From: Macrostomum lignano
Taxonomy: Eukaryota
Direction of reading: 5' to 3'
Length of the DNA: 64,000 nt
Assembly (NCBI GenBank): GCA_002269645.1
Contig: NIVC01002152.1
Location: forward strand, 136,069-200,068
Shown in pieces: positions 36,290 through 50,959 of this stretch; position 1 is the stretch's first letter, and each line of letters opens with the position of its first letter. The position numbers were made by a program, and so were the translations under genes. Below the pieces are notes generated by a model. It ran no database searches. It saw nothing but the letters and a program-made list of their open reading frames with translations, and was not told the origin of the DNA.

Positions 36290-37340
36290 GTATTTGGTAG
36301 ATAGATGGCTTGGATTTGGTAGATAGATGCGTTGGATTTGGTAGATAGATGTGTTGGATTTGGTAGATAGATGGGCTGGATTTGGTAGATAGATGCGTTG
36401 GATTTGGTAGATAGATGGGCTGGATTTGGTAGATAGATGGGCTGGATTTGGTAGATAGATGGGCTGGATTTGGTGGATAGATGTGTTGGATTTGGTAGAT
36501 AGATGTGTTTGATTTGGTAGATCGGCTTGGATTTGGTAGATAGATGGGCTGGATTTGGTAGATAGATGGGCTGGATTTGGTAGATAGATGCGTTGGATTT
36601 GGTAGATAGATGGGCTGGATTTGGTAGATAGATGGGCTGGATTTGGTAGATAGATGGGCTGGATTTGGTGGATAGATGTGTTGGATTTGGTAGATAGATG
36701 TGTTTGATTTGGTAGATCGGCTTGGATTTGGTAGATCGGCTTGGATTATTACATGGCTTAGATTTAGTAGATAGATGGCTTAAATTTTGTTGATAGATGT
36801 GTTGGATTTGGTAGATAGATGGGCTGGATTTGGTAGATAGATGGTTTGGATTCGGTGCACAGGTGAGTTGGATTTGGTGGACAGGTGAGTTGGATTCGGT
36901 GGACAGGCGAGTTGGATTCGGTGGACAGGTGAGTTGGTTTTGGTGGACAGGTGAGTTGGACAGGCGAGTTGGATTTGGTGGACAGGTGAGTTGGATTCGG
37001 TGGACAGGTGAGTTGGATTTGGTGAACAGGTGAGTTGGATTCGGTGGACAGGTGAGTTGGATTTGGTGAACAGGTGAGTTGGATTCGGTGGACAGGTGAG
37101 TTGGATTTGGTGAACAGGTGAGTTGGATTTGGTGAACAGGTGAGTTGGATTCGGTGGACAGGTGAGTTGGATTTGGTGGACAGGTGAGTTCGATTCGGTG
37201 GACAGGCGAGTTGGATTCGGTGGACAGGTGAGTTGGATTTGGTGGACAGGCGAGTTGGATTCGGTGGACAGGCGAGTTGGATTCGGTGGACAGGTGAGTT
37301 GGATTTGGTGGACAGGCGAGTTGGATTCGGTGGACAGGTG
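36290..37340. repeat. Two adjoining related minisatellites, 23 bp (TTGGATTTGGTAGATAGATGGGC) and 22 bp (GGTGAGTTGGATTCGGTGGACA)
   Basis: Switch at about 36850, shared core TTGGATTYGGTRGA. S6K intron 5. Confidence 0.93.
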
Positions 37341-37409
37341 AGACGCAAGCGCAGTGCAGCGCGGCAGTACTAAGTACAACAGAACAGGAAGTGCACATAA
37401 ATCGCTTAC

Positions 37410-37516
37410 ATGTTGCCGCTGCCGCTGCCGCTAGGCCTCCGCCTGATGGGATTGCTGCTCACCCAGGGCTCCTTGTTCACGCTTTCTAGCACAGACGGAT
37501 CGACGAATGTAAATCC
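37410..37516 (-). CDS. S6K: p70 S6 kinase exon 5 (hydrophobic motif)
   Basis: Acceptor ccggcag|GGATTT gives GFTFVDPSVL, completing FQGFTF (the S6K T389 site). Donor AT|GTAAGC. Confidence 0.9.
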
Positions 37517-37656
37517 CTGCCGGGGCGGCGATGCAGCGATTGGGGGGGGGCAAAATAGAAGCCGGATACAAAAAGTACGCATGTGCTAGTTACCTACTAT
37601 CTGCAGGAATAAATTAGGAACAAGGCAAAATAAACAGAATAGATTATTCACAAGCC

Positions 37657-37966
37657 AATAATAATAATAACTGATTACACCTGCCCTAATGGGCTGATGA
37701 GCAACCGACAGCTCAGCCGCAGCTATGGCGCGGCGCATCTGAAGGCTGCGTACGGCTGTTCAGTCCAAGGACTGGGGGGGTCGCCACACACGCCCTCAAT
37801 TACCCAAACTAATGCTGGCACAGATTTTACAGCTGGGTGAACTGAAGCAATGCAGAGTTGAGTGTCTTGCTCAAGGACACAAACTGTTCCGAGTGAGTCG
37901 AGAATCGAACCCCCGACCTCCAGTCGTGAGTCCGACGCTCTAATCAATCACTAGGCTACAACCCCC
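37657..37966 (-). mobile_element. tRNA-derived CORE-SINE, copy 3 (TTA tail)
   Basis: Same head, core and tail as 14797-15122. Lies in S6K intron 4. Confidence 0.85.
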
Positions 37967-38095
37967 TAACAAGCCAGTAATATTACACATTGTCAATGAC
38001 ACTAAAAATAGAACCTGAAATTGCATGTATCTACGGCAATTAACCGCAGGACCCGTGCTGCCCTGAAATTCATAGTAGAAAACTTTAAATCGCAC

Positions 38096-38206
38096 CTGGA
38101 AAACATTCGACATTGAAGCCGAGAGCATCGAGTCCTCTTCGGGAGATTCTACCGGATTCTCGTGAGTGAACTTCGGATCGAACAGGCTCACGTCAGCGTC
38201 TGACTT
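38096..38206 (-). CDS. S6K: p70 S6 kinase exon 4 (turn motif)
   Basis: Acceptor ttgcag|AAG gives KSDADVSLFDPKFTHENPVESPEEDSMLSASMSNVFQ, donor CAG|GTGCGA. Confidence 0.9.
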
Positions 38207-38304
38207 CTGCAATTTGGGGGGGGGGCGAATGAGGGAATCAGGGACACCAGAGTCATCAGCGACATCAGCATTAGGGTGGACTGCTGAAAACTGTGAAGAT
38301 GAGA

Positions 38305-38565
38305 CCGATTCTCTGAGTGATGAGATGGCGATTCTCTGAGTAATGACATGGCGATTCTCTGAGTGATGAGATGGCGATTCTCTGAGTGATGACATGGCGA
38401 TTCTCTGAGTGATGAGATGGCGATTCTCTGAGCGATGAGATGGCGATTCTCTGAGTGATGAGATGGCGATTCTCTGAGTGATGAGATGGCGATTCTCTGA
38501 GTGATGAGATGGCGATTCTCTGAGTTATGCGTTGGCGATTATTGGAGCTATGAGATGGCGATTCT
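38305..38565. repeat. 23-bp intronic minisatellite (GATTCTCTGAGTGATGAGATGGC)
   Basis: Tandem copies in S6K intron 3. Confidence 0.93.
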
Positions 38566-38594
38566 CCTAATGATGATGGGTGATGATGTAATTA

Positions 38595-39146
<552 letters not shown>

Positions 39147-39296
39147 TTAGAATTGCGTGAACACTCGCTGCACAGTGTACACCCTGTGTGAGCGTGTGTA
39201 CATGTATGAGTGATTGGCTGCGTACAGTATTCGCGCATGTTTTTAGAAGTCAGCCAAATGGGCAGAATTGCCTCTCCGCTGGATGCTGCCGAAAGC

Positions 39297-39760
39297 TACC
39301 GTATTCAAGGACTGTTCACTATGGTATTCAAGGACTGTTCACTATGGTATTCAAGGACTGTTCACTATGGTATTCAAGAACTGTTCACTATGGTATTCCA
39401 GGACTGTTCACTATGGTATTCAAGGACTGTTCACTATGGTATTCAAGGACTGTTCACTATGGTATTCAAGGACTGTTCACTATGGTATTCAAGAACTGTT
39501 CACTATGGTATTCAAGGACTGTTCACTATGGTATTCAAGGACTGTTCACTACGGTATTCAAGGACTGTTCACTATGGTATTCCAGGACTGTTCACTATGG
39601 TATTCCAGAACTGTTCACTATGGTATTCCAGGACTGTTCACTATGGTATTCCAGGACTGTTCACTATGGTATTCAAGGACTGTTCACTATGGTATTCAAG
39701 GACTGTTCACTATGGTATTCCAGGTCTGTTCACTATGTTATTCCAGGACTGTTCACTAAT
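39297..39760. repeat. 23-bp intronic minisatellite (GGTATTCAAGGACTGTTCACTAT)
   Basis: About 20 copies in S6K intron 2. Confidence 0.95.
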
Positions 39761-40589
39761 GTATTTCGATTTTAGGACGATTGTCTACCCAAATCAATGT
39801 TTCCAAGGATGATTTTGTCATTTCTTATCCTAGTGACGATTTTTAAATATAGTTTACCAGGCCTTTGATGTTTCGATGTTAATTACAATTTTTTCAAGTC
39901 GCTGTCTATTTTAAAGAGGACACCAATTTTTCTAATGAAAGAGTGACTCAGTAAACCAATGGATTATTTAAAGGCTGAAGATTCTAGTTTGCATTTCGGT
40001 GGTTTAATTATTGGGTAATTTTCGTATGCAAGATGGCTGGAGTCATAGGCAAATCTACTGCAACATTCCTCCATACAGACGCACTGAAACTGAAATGTAT
40101 CTAATTTTATGCAAGTGCCGAGTTTAGTATTCAATTCAATGCATACGGTTATAAATGGAACTTTTTTGTCTGCAGCCTCAGCTAAAAATGAGATGCAACA
40201 GACTCGGCAGAAAGCTAGGGGAAGGGGCGGTGGACAAAGTCCTAAAGCGGTTCAATTACCCTCACCCCAGTAATTATGCAAGATTATGCTTAAGCTGCAA
40301 AAATATATACCAGAAGACATTGAAATACACGAATGGAATATTTTCCGAAATTCCACTGACTGCTGAATCTGCAGATACAAGCAACTAATGTGTCCAAAAA
40401 CCAAAAGCGATGCGAACCAATCACCGTTCCAATGTGCCAGGAACTTGGCTACAACTTTACTAGCAAGACGCATAGCCTGATGGGCAATGACCAACAGATT
40501 GGTCTTTAGCTGAGCTCATTCTGACCGCTAATCAAGACTGAACGCTCATAGGACATGTAACTCTTCTCTAGAAGAGGCTAAGATGGCGG

Positions 40590-41960
40590 TGGTGGTAGCG
40601 GCACGGGCGGAAGCGGTGACCAAGGTGGAAGCGGAGACAGGGATGGAAGCGGAGACAGGGATGGTAGCGGAGACCAAGGTGGAAGCGGAGACAGGGATGG
40701 TAGCGGAGACCAAGGTGGAAGCGGAGACAGGGATGGTAGCGGTGACCAAGGTGGAAGCGGAGACAGGGATGGTAGCGGGGACAGGGATGGTAGCGGAGAC
40801 CGAGGTGGTAGCGGAGACAGGGATGGAAGCGGAGACAGGGATGGAAGCGGAGACAGGGATGGTAGCGGAGACAGGGATGGAAGCGGAGACAGGGATGGAA
40901 GCGGAGACAGGGATGGAAGCGGAGACAGGGATGGAAGCAGAGACAGGGATGGTAGCGGTGACCAAGGTGGAAGCGGAGACAGGGATGGAAGCGGAGACAG
41001 GGATGGTAGCGGAGACAGGGATGGTAGCGGTGACCGAGGTGGTAGCGGAGACAGGGATGGAAGCGGAGACAGGGATGGAAGCGGAGACAGGGATGGAAGC
41101 GGAGACAGGGATGGTAGCGGAGACAGGGATGGAAGCGGAGACAGGGATGGAAGCGGAGACAGGGATGGAAGCGGAGACAGGGATGGAAGCAGAGACAGGA
41201 ATGGTAGCGGTGACCAAGGTGGAAGCGGAGACAGGGATGGAAGCGGAGACAGGGATGGTAGCGGAGACAGGGATGGTAGCGGTGACCGAGGTGGTAGCGG
41301 AGACAGGGATGGAAGCGGAGACAGGGATGGAAGCGGAGACAGGGATGGAAGCGGAGACAGGGATGGTAGCGGTGACCAAGGTGGAAGCGGAGACAGGGAT
41401 GGTAGCGGTGACCAAGGTGGAAGCGGAGACAGGGATGGTAGCGGTGACCAAGGTGGAAGCAGAGACAGGGATGGTAGCGGTGACCAAGGTGGAAGCGGAG
41501 ACAGGGATGGTAGCGGTGACCAAGGTGGAAGCAGAGACAGGGATGGTAGCGGTGACCAAGGTGGAAGCGGAGACAGGGATGGTAGCGGAGACAGGGATGG
41601 TAGCGGAGACAGGGATGGAAGCGGAGACAGGGATGGTAGCGGAGACAGGGATGGTAGCGGAGACAGGGATGGTAGCGGAGACAGGGATGGTAGCGGAGAC
41701 AGGGATGGTAGCGGAGACAGGGATGGTAGCGGAGACAGGGATGGTAGCGGAGACAGGGATGGAAGCGGAGACAGGGATGGAAGCGGAGACAGGGATGGAA
41801 GCGGAGACAGGGATGGAAGCGGAGACAGGGATGGAAGCGGAGACAGGGATGGTAGCGGAGACAGGGATGGTAGCGGTGACCAAGGTGGAAGCGGAGACAG
41901 GGATGGAAGCGGTGACCGAGGTGGAAGCGGTGACCGAGGTGGAAGCGGTGACCGAGGTGT
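40590..41960. repeat. 18-bp minisatellite (GCGGAGACAGGGATGGAA and variants)
   Basis: About 75 units of three variant types, stop-free in several frames. S6K intron 2. Confidence 0.95.
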
Positions 41961-42331
41961 AAGCGGAAGCAGCAACAAACGCAGAAATAGGGGCCATGCC
42001 AGAAGTAGAAACCAAGATGATCAAGCAACGATATCAAGACGGAAGCAGCAACCGGGATGCAAGTGGAACCTGCGACTGCTAAGGCATCAGAGGCGGTAGC
42101 AACATTAGCGGTTAACTTGACCTTTATAATTACAACTGAAGTACTGAACTGACAAAAGCTCCAGCCGTGCAGAAAATCGCAGCTAAAAAAAAATTTATGC
42201 ATTCTTAGGGTTGGCTTTCTTTGACTTTTTTCAGTTGTGCAATTTTGACTTCACTTACAATCAGCCATTCTTTGTTAAAACATTAAAGTCGGTTGAAATT
42301 GAACCAGTACCAAAAAATACAGAGCAAACTA

Positions 42332-42867
<536 letters not shown>

Positions 42868-43299
42868 CTGGTCCAGGGGAGAGAGACAGACGAAGAAGGT
42901 AAATAGCATCTTGCATATATTAAAGCAAGGTGATAAAATATAGGGAAGAAAAGAATATAAAAGAAAATATTTTATCTTTATAAAAATAGAATCAAGAATC
43001 AACATATTACAGAACTAGAAAAGGACTAGCAATCTAGTGCCCCCCTTCGGGGCGGCCAATAAGAAAGGGACAAAACTTATTTATGAGAATCCTTAAAAAT
43101 GAAAGCACATTTTCTCAAAATTACTCTTTTAGCAGTTTATTAAATCACCTTTTTTAATTAATTTTTTAAATAAACTACATGTAGCTTCTGACCTTTCAGC
43201 CGTGATATCTTACAAATTTCCCCCTATGAGCCTTGTCATCTCAGCAATTTTCCCCAGCAAGCTTTAACACCTCAGCAACTCCCCCTAGCACGCAACTCC

Positions 43300-43830
43300 C
43301 GGAGGGCAAGCATCCCCAGATAGCAAGCATCTCCCCAATAGCAAGCATCCCCAGATAGCAAGCATCCCCCAGATAGCAAGCATCCCCCAGATAGCAAGCA
43401 TCCCCCAGATAGCAAGCATCCCCCAGATAGCAAGCATCCCCCAGAAAGCAAGCATCGCCCAGATAGCAAGCATCCCCCAGATAGCAAGCATCCCCCAGAA
43501 AGCAAGCATCGCCCAGATAGCAAGCATCGCCCAGATAGCAAGCATCCCCCAGATAGCAAGCATCCCCCAGAAAGCAAGCATCGCCCAGATAGCAAGCGTC
43601 CCCCAGATAGCAAGCATCGCCCAGATAGCAAGCATCGCCCAGATAGCAAGCATCGCCCTGATAGCAAGCATCCCCCAGAAAGCAAGCATCGCCCAGATAG
43701 CAAGCGTCCCCCAGATAGCAAGCATCGTCCTGATAGCAAGCATCACCCAGATAGCAAGCGTCCCCCAGATAGCAAGCATCGTCCAGATAGCAAGCATCGC
43801 CCTGATAGCAAGCATCCCCCAGATAGCAAG
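43300..43830. repeat. 18-bp minisatellite (AGATAGCAAGCATCCCCC)
   Basis: About 29 copies. Degenerate relatives at about 45870-45990 and 46280-46450. Confidence 0.95.
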
Positions 43831-46544
43831 CAATAACCACTAAGGCCATTTGCTGTATAGAGTTTGCTGTGTTATCAGTTGGCTCAAACCAATGCTAGCT
43901 AAACAGATCTGTCAAATTTGAATACAGGAGAACAGCTAATAATGCGTAGTATAATGTGTGATGCCAGAGTGCTTCAAAGAGAAAGTCTTCAGCAGAAATT
44001 TTAGGATAGTTTAGTCTATACTGTAGTCACTTTGGGATCATATCTACTCGTAGAAGCATAACCAAATCTTATATCTTTAACTCTCACTTTGTGTCTGAGC
44101 AGATTCTAGTTAGTATGAACTATGAAACCCTTAGAAGAGATGGTTTAAATACTGACATGAAATTTTCATAGTATCGATTGGGACTATATATCTATATAAA
44201 AGTAAAATAGTCTTACAGAAAGTTGAAAAATTAGAATCAAACTAGCATCTAAAGGTGACATCAAGGGTAAAAACAAAATATTTATCTATATAACTAGGCA
44301 GATATCTGAAACTGCTCTTTTGCTAATCCCATAGCTAATATAGATTCTGAAGTGCAATGCTAAAGTTCTTCAAAAAGACAATATTTAGAAGAAATTGAAA
44401 TGTTAAAATGTTAATTTTTTAATGATTTAATAAATTTCATTTAAATAAGATTCATTACTATAGCATGTGGGTTAAGTGCCAAAATTTGAAATATGATATA
44501 TGGCTGGACTTAGCAATATTTATATATGTATCATAAGGCATGCAACATTATCTAATCTGATTATTCCATTCTTGGGATCCCAAGAAAAATTGGATTCTTA
44601 TAGCATTGGAATCTTGACCCTCAAAAATAGGAAGTATATGGGAATAAGTCTTGATTCAAAATTAATAAAAGTAGTGAATACTTGAATGCATTTTGTTTTA
44701 ATTTGTATTTGTTACATGGTTACTTTGTTTATTACAAAACTTATTAGTAACTTTAGTATGTAACATTTTTGTCTACATTGTATTATAGGCCTATTTCTTC
44801 TATCTAGTTCTATATAAAAGCTATGAACTATAATATACTAAAATATTTAATCCCAATTCTTAATTCCTGATCTTAATCCCAAACACAAGAAAAAAATTAT
44901 TCCTAATCCCAACCTTGTTTGATGACTTCAATCCTATCTAATCTTTAAGTTTAACATTATTGTAGTTTTTGATAATTTAATTTGTTATAGGCTTAGTAAG
45001 TGGTCTTTTTCTTAGAAAAGCAGGGTGTCAATTTGGCATCAATGGTTCAAATCCAGAATGTCAAAATGAAATTCAAGATGCAATGGCACATATATACTAC
45101 AAAATCAATGTCTAATCAATTTTTATCAATCTTTTGCCTTAGAAATTTGTAGGTTAGAAATTTTTCCAATTGCTCAATTAGAGATCAGTCTAGTCCTAAC
45201 CTTCTCCTAATTTGGTAATATCTAGATTAGAAAATATATATATACCAATAATACCACACAGGCCAAACAAAGATCCTACTAGACTAGACTTAGACTAGAC
45301 TAGACTGCTCAAACATCCCTGCTTTTTCAAGATATAGATATGCCACATGTTATCATATCCTAAATTCTTTTTTTCATTTTTGAGCCACAATACCAATACT
45401 CAACTCTTGACTTGTTCCAAATCTTTGCTCCATATCAAAACAATTATTCAGTATTCAGATTGTCAACTTTCTAATTCAATTTGAATTGAATATTTGTTTG
45501 AATGTTTGACTTGATTCCAAATATTCATCTTATTTCTATTAACTAAACATACAAAAATGCTACTAGACTTATGCTATGCAAAGACACTACTATTAGAATT
45601 ATATCAGATTGTTGCTAGAATACACTAAAGTGTATAGTTATTTATACTTTATAGTTTATACTTTACAAGATTAGGCCCTAAAAGTTTATACCTAGGCTTG
45701 GGCCTACTTTGCTTGGTATATAAAATATATTAGCAATCTTTGCCCCCCAATGGGAGACATCTAGAAAGAATCTCTGTTCTTTACAAATAACAAAGACAGT
45801 GAAATAAAGCCTTCACAAAGACAATAGAAATTCACTCTAAAAAAACACCCTAAGACAGCAAGCACCTTAATTACAATAGCAAGCACCCCCAATTACAATA
45901 GCAAGCACTACCAAATACAATAGCAAATACCCCCAAATACAATAGCAAAAACCCAAAATACAATAGCAAGAAGCATCTCCCAGATAGCAAGCATACATGC
46001 ACAACAGTTGGCCGAGTCAGCTGATCTGGCCAACCAATTTGGCAGCCAACGAAGGTAAGTTGCAAAAAGGAATATCCAAATAATACCTAAGTAGTACTTA
46101 GTAGATGATGAGGCATTTTGCGTTAATAAGACAGTCAAGTTACTCCTGCCGTTTACCCAAAGTTGTATTAATTTTGTTTTAGGGTTTCTTTTATATATAA
46201 GTCACAGTTTTGGCCAAAAACTATGTTGCATCTTTGGTAAAACTAAGTTGCACAGCCAACCAAATTTTGGAGGCTGCGCATCTATGATAGCAAGCATCCC
46301 CTAGAAAGCAACCCCTCCTCCTAAGATATCAAATACCCCTCCCCCATGAGAGCAAGTCTTTTGTCTAACCAATATCAAGCATCCCCCAAAAGCAAGCATC
46401 CCCAAACAACATACAAGCGTCCCCTAGATAGCAAGCATCCACTGGACAACAAGTAGCTAGTGTAACAATTTCCTTAGCTTTAGAGTGGCTCTTTTATGTT
46501 TAAAATGGTAGCTCTTTTATGTTTAACATGTTAGCTCTTTTATG

Positions 46545-47386
46545 TTTGAAACAAGCTGTTGAAACCCGTAGATTTTGAACCCGGGGAATTCCAATCCCTG
46601 GAACTACTATTGCATGTATTCTGAAATCTAAGGCCATACACAAACAAATTAATGTTAGAGGATAGAGGTAGACATAAAATGGAGCACATTCATGTAAAAT
46701 TAGGGTTGGAGGCAAACGTTGATATTGTTTGCTGGGATACTCCACAGAATGCCAGGCAATGTCTGTCTGACTCTAAAACATGTATTGGCAAACTCTGGCC
46801 TCTCCCTGACTCTCCCTATGTCCCTTGGATCCTTTAAAATTTCTATTGTCTCTCTGTTTCCTTTCTTCTCTCTCATCCCTCGTCTCTCGTCTCTCTTCTC
46901 TCCTCTCTTCTCTTGTATCTTCCCTCATCTCTCTTCTCTTTCATCTCTCTTATCTCATCTCTTCCCTATTCTTTTCTCTCTCCTCTCCTCTCTCCTTTCT
47001 ACTTTTCGTTTTCTCTCTGCTCTCCTCTCTCCTCTCTACTCTCCTTTCTCCTCTCTCCCATCTTCTTTCCTATATTCCCTTATCTTTCTTCTCTTTCATA
47101 TCTTTCATTATCTCATCTCTTCCCTCTTCTTTTCTCTCTCCTCTCCTCTCTCCTCTCTACTTTTTTGTTTTCTCCCTCCTCTCCTCTCTCCCCCTCTTCA
47201 CTCGTCTCTTCCTTGTCCTCTCTATTCTTTTCTCTCTTCTCTTAACTCTCTCCTCTACGCTCTCATCTCTCCTCTCTCCTCTCTTCTCTCGTCTCTTCCC
47301 TCACCTCTTTCCCCTCTCTCTTTCATCTCTCCTTTCTCTTCTTTTATCTTTTCTCTCATTTCTCTTCTCATTTCTCTCTGCTCTGT

Positions 47387-47477
<91 letters not shown>

Positions 47478-48640
47478 TTTCTTCTCCTCTCTACTCTTTC
47501 CCCTCTTTGTTCTCCTACTTCCTCTTCTCTCTCCCTGTGTCTCCTCTCTCCTCTAGTCTCTGTAATCTCTTCTCTCTTATCTCTCCTCTGTTCTCTCTAC
47601 TCTCCCATCTCTCGTCTTTTCATCTGCTCTCATCTGTCATCTTTATTCTCTTATACATTCTCTCACTTATCTCCTTTGTACTCTTTCACCTCTTCTGACT
47701 CCTTTCTTTCCTTACTCCTTTCTTCTTTTCTCTTCCCTCTTCTATACTCTCTCTCCTCTATTATCTTCTCTCGTCTCTCTGCACTCTCCTCTCACCTTTT
47801 TTATCTCTTATCTTTACTCTCTCATCTCTCCTTTCATCTGTCTCATCTCTTTCCTCTTTCCTCCTCTTCCCTTTACTCTCTCATCTCTTTCCTCTCTCCT
47901 CCTCTTCCCTTTACTCTCTCATCTCTCCTTTCTCCCCTCTTCTTTGACCACTCTCTTATCTTTATTTCTTCTTTTCTCACTCCTCTCTCCCCCTCTTATC
48001 TCCTCTCTTCTCTATCCTTTCTACTCTCTCCTCTCCTCTTGACCCTCTGTCATCTTCTTTCTGCTCTTTCATCTCTACTCTCTTCTCAATCTTCTCTACT
48101 CTCCTCTCTCATCGATCCTCTGTCTCATCTCTTCCCTCTTCTCACCTTTACTCTTTCCTCTCCTTCCTTTCTCCCCTCCTCTCGCTTCTTTCTCCCTTCT
48201 CTGCTCTTTCCTCACCACTTTTCCTTTTCACTCTTATCTGGCCCGCAGCCATGAGCTGGATTCTTTAACTGGCCTTTGAGATAAAAATCTGCCAATCCCT
48301 GCTTCAAGAGTACTATCATGGAACGTAGTACTATCATGGTTGTTATCATTTCTCATGCTTTAATCACGTCATCTTTCTGGCCAATTAGTAGCCCTGAGAG
48401 GAATTTGTGTATCTCCATTTTCCAGCTCTACCACCATAGTCTGCAGCAGTCTAACAACCAAGGAAATACGCATTTTTAGGAGCCATTTAAATTTTAAAGT
48501 TACCTTATGCAAATCTTAATGTTAAAATTTTCATGGTATAACTAATTTAGTAGGATTGCATGGTAATCAGTTATTCATTAATTTTTGGCTATTTTTATAA
48601 ACCATCTCACATTGTCTTGATTTGCTTTGTTAACAATAGT
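46545..48640 (-). mobile_element. Second copy (inverted) of the composite GA/CT-rich dispersed repeat, with inner hAT-type MITE at about 46787-48301
   Basis: Flanks are reverse-complement matches to 19790-20170 and 21260-21580. TIR remnants CATGTATTGGCAAACT and ATCTGCCAATCCCTG. Confidence 0.75.
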
Positions 48641-49544
48641 TAACAATATTGTTAAGTTAACAATATGGATACGCACAATCTTAATCAAGTCTAATGCTAT
48701 GTTTCAACACTGTAATTTTAACACTATGAGGCAATTCAAGTCAGTTTCAAAAGTCAGCCAATACATAGACAATAAATGAACACAATATGGTTACACAATC
48801 TCAATCAAGTCTTGAGTGCTTTTCTTTGGCACAATTTTCAACTTGTGATGTAATTTTTAGCAGAATCAAAATTCTGCCAGTTTGTTTTTTCTCTTAGATT
48901 CTTACAATGCATTTCAAGTTGAGTGTTGCTTGACTTTTACAAAAAAGCATGTTTTTTGAATATCCAATCCTTTTAACATTGAAAAAATTCTTAGCCAAGA
49001 TGCATATACCATCCCAAAAAATTTCTAATCAAATGGTGCAATTTTGAAAAAATGGTTAAGCCATTTTTTCTGAAATCTATTTCACATATATACAATATAG
49101 ACAAGACAACTTATTTTTAGTATGCAAGTGTGCAAACATATAATCAAACATGCAAACATTTTAGCATTCTAAATTGTATTAAAAATATAAAATACTAGGG
49201 TAGGGCTTACAATAATCATTTTATTAATGTCAAAGAAAAAATTCAAAATAGATAAAAGTCAAAAATTTTGTTAGCACACATGCTTGGTGCACAGTGCAAA
49301 ATTAAGAATTTGATTGGGAATTTGTTGCAGCACACATGGTGCACCTTCCTAACTAAGCCCATGGATTGGCATTGGCATAGATACTAGGGCCTAGGCCCAT
49401 GCTAGGCTATGCTATTCCCATGCCAAGGGAATCAGCCAATGCCAAAAACCCAAATTTCATTTTAAAATGCACCTGCCACTTTCTTGAAGATGGGCAGGCT
49501 ATCACAGCTTAATTAAATGATAAACAAAAAGTTACAATACTTAC

Positions 49545-49757
49545 TTTGCTTTTCTCAATGCTAGCAACATCCTCTGTTGCAATAGCAGAAGCAGGAGTTT
49601 CATCTTTGACATGATCTCCACTGTCAGCACTGTCAATATTCAGATCTGAACCATCATCTAGAGTCTTTTGCTTGTATTCTGGTGTTTCAATCCCAGTTTC
49701 ATTTTGGCTTGTACCACCTTGGTCAAGCTCAATATCAAAGACTCCGTTTGTTGCCAT
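49545..49757 (-). CDS. S6K: p70 S6 kinase first coding exon (TOS motif)
   Basis: MATNGVFDIELD matches the S6K TOR-signalling motif (GVFDIDLD). Donor AAA|GTAAGT in phase 0 joins exon 2. Confidence 0.9.
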
Positions 49758-50959
49758 CACTTTTTAAGGTAATAAATATAATAGGGGATTTAGACTTGCG
49801 TCTGGAGCACAGCCATTGATTAATTGGCCTGGTATAAATCTATTAAATATTCAATTTAATCGGTGTTATATTCCTTGCAAAATTGCTTAAATAAAAAAAT
49901 TTATAAATAGTCCCCTAGGGATTACGAATTAATCACGAAATGATTTTACTAGTTATGGGTGTGAATCGCAGTAGTCACGAGTTAGTTTAGTCAAAGGACT
50001 GTGGATGAAAGTTTCAAAATAACGAATCAGTGTAGGTGTCTAACAATATTGGAGCTCGAGTTAACGCCCGGCGCGCGCTCCCAATTCTTTTTGCTGTTTA
50101 AATCGGCCGCCCAGTTTCAACGAACTACAAATGGTAAAACAACTTATTTTTAACACTTAAAACAAATATTGAAAAGGCTATTGTACTACGGTTATATATG
50201 CTTTTTTCTTCTTTTAACTCTTTTAAGAACAATCCCTTTATTCAAGTCCTAGCCTAATATCTTATTTTAATCTCGTTATTTATCGTTATTCTTATTCGCG
50301 ATCATTACTAGTCTTCATCATTTTCACAATAAATCTTAGTACGAAAACTTATCTCAAATATATAGTTCGTACTGGCCAAACAGGCTGTTTGCCTGAGCCA
50401 ATGTACTACTCTACTGCACTATGTAGTTTACAATCATAACAAATTCTCATCCTAAAAGAGAGGCTACAGTAAAGTAAGCGCTAATGAAGCTCCCATATTT
50501 TTATAGCTAATTTTAGAGATGAAAAAGAAAAAAAATTGAATATTCAATCAAATTACTTTTACGCTACTTGCTGCACCTATTGCCTGAGTCACAATTTCAA
50601 TTGCATATTGTACAATACATTGGTTCGACTCCTGTGTGCAATGGGCAAGAACAAAAGGGAATTTATCTTGCATTGCACTGTACTGCCATATGGCATGGAC
50701 ATCAGAAATAGCATCCTTCGATCTTAGTTGTCCATGGGTATGAATAGCAGCGGGAACCATGTTTACTGTAATTCGGCGACAGGTTTGACACCTGCTTTGC
50801 GCTGACGCCAGGGCAAATTTGGTAAATTTGCAGCAAATTGTCAGCAGGTATTGATTCCCTGTGGAGTATTGTGTTGTTAAGTTTACATTAAAATGAATGA
50901 GAGTATGCTAGTTTGATTTGATACATGTAACCACAAAAACTAATAATCGATTAATCAAT

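Noticed and set aside
36166-37398. 410-aa and shorter repeat ORFs (also 39188-39812, 43241-43849, 4238-4856)
   Set aside because: They are translations of intronic or intergenic minisatellites, with no splice signals linking them to the gene models.
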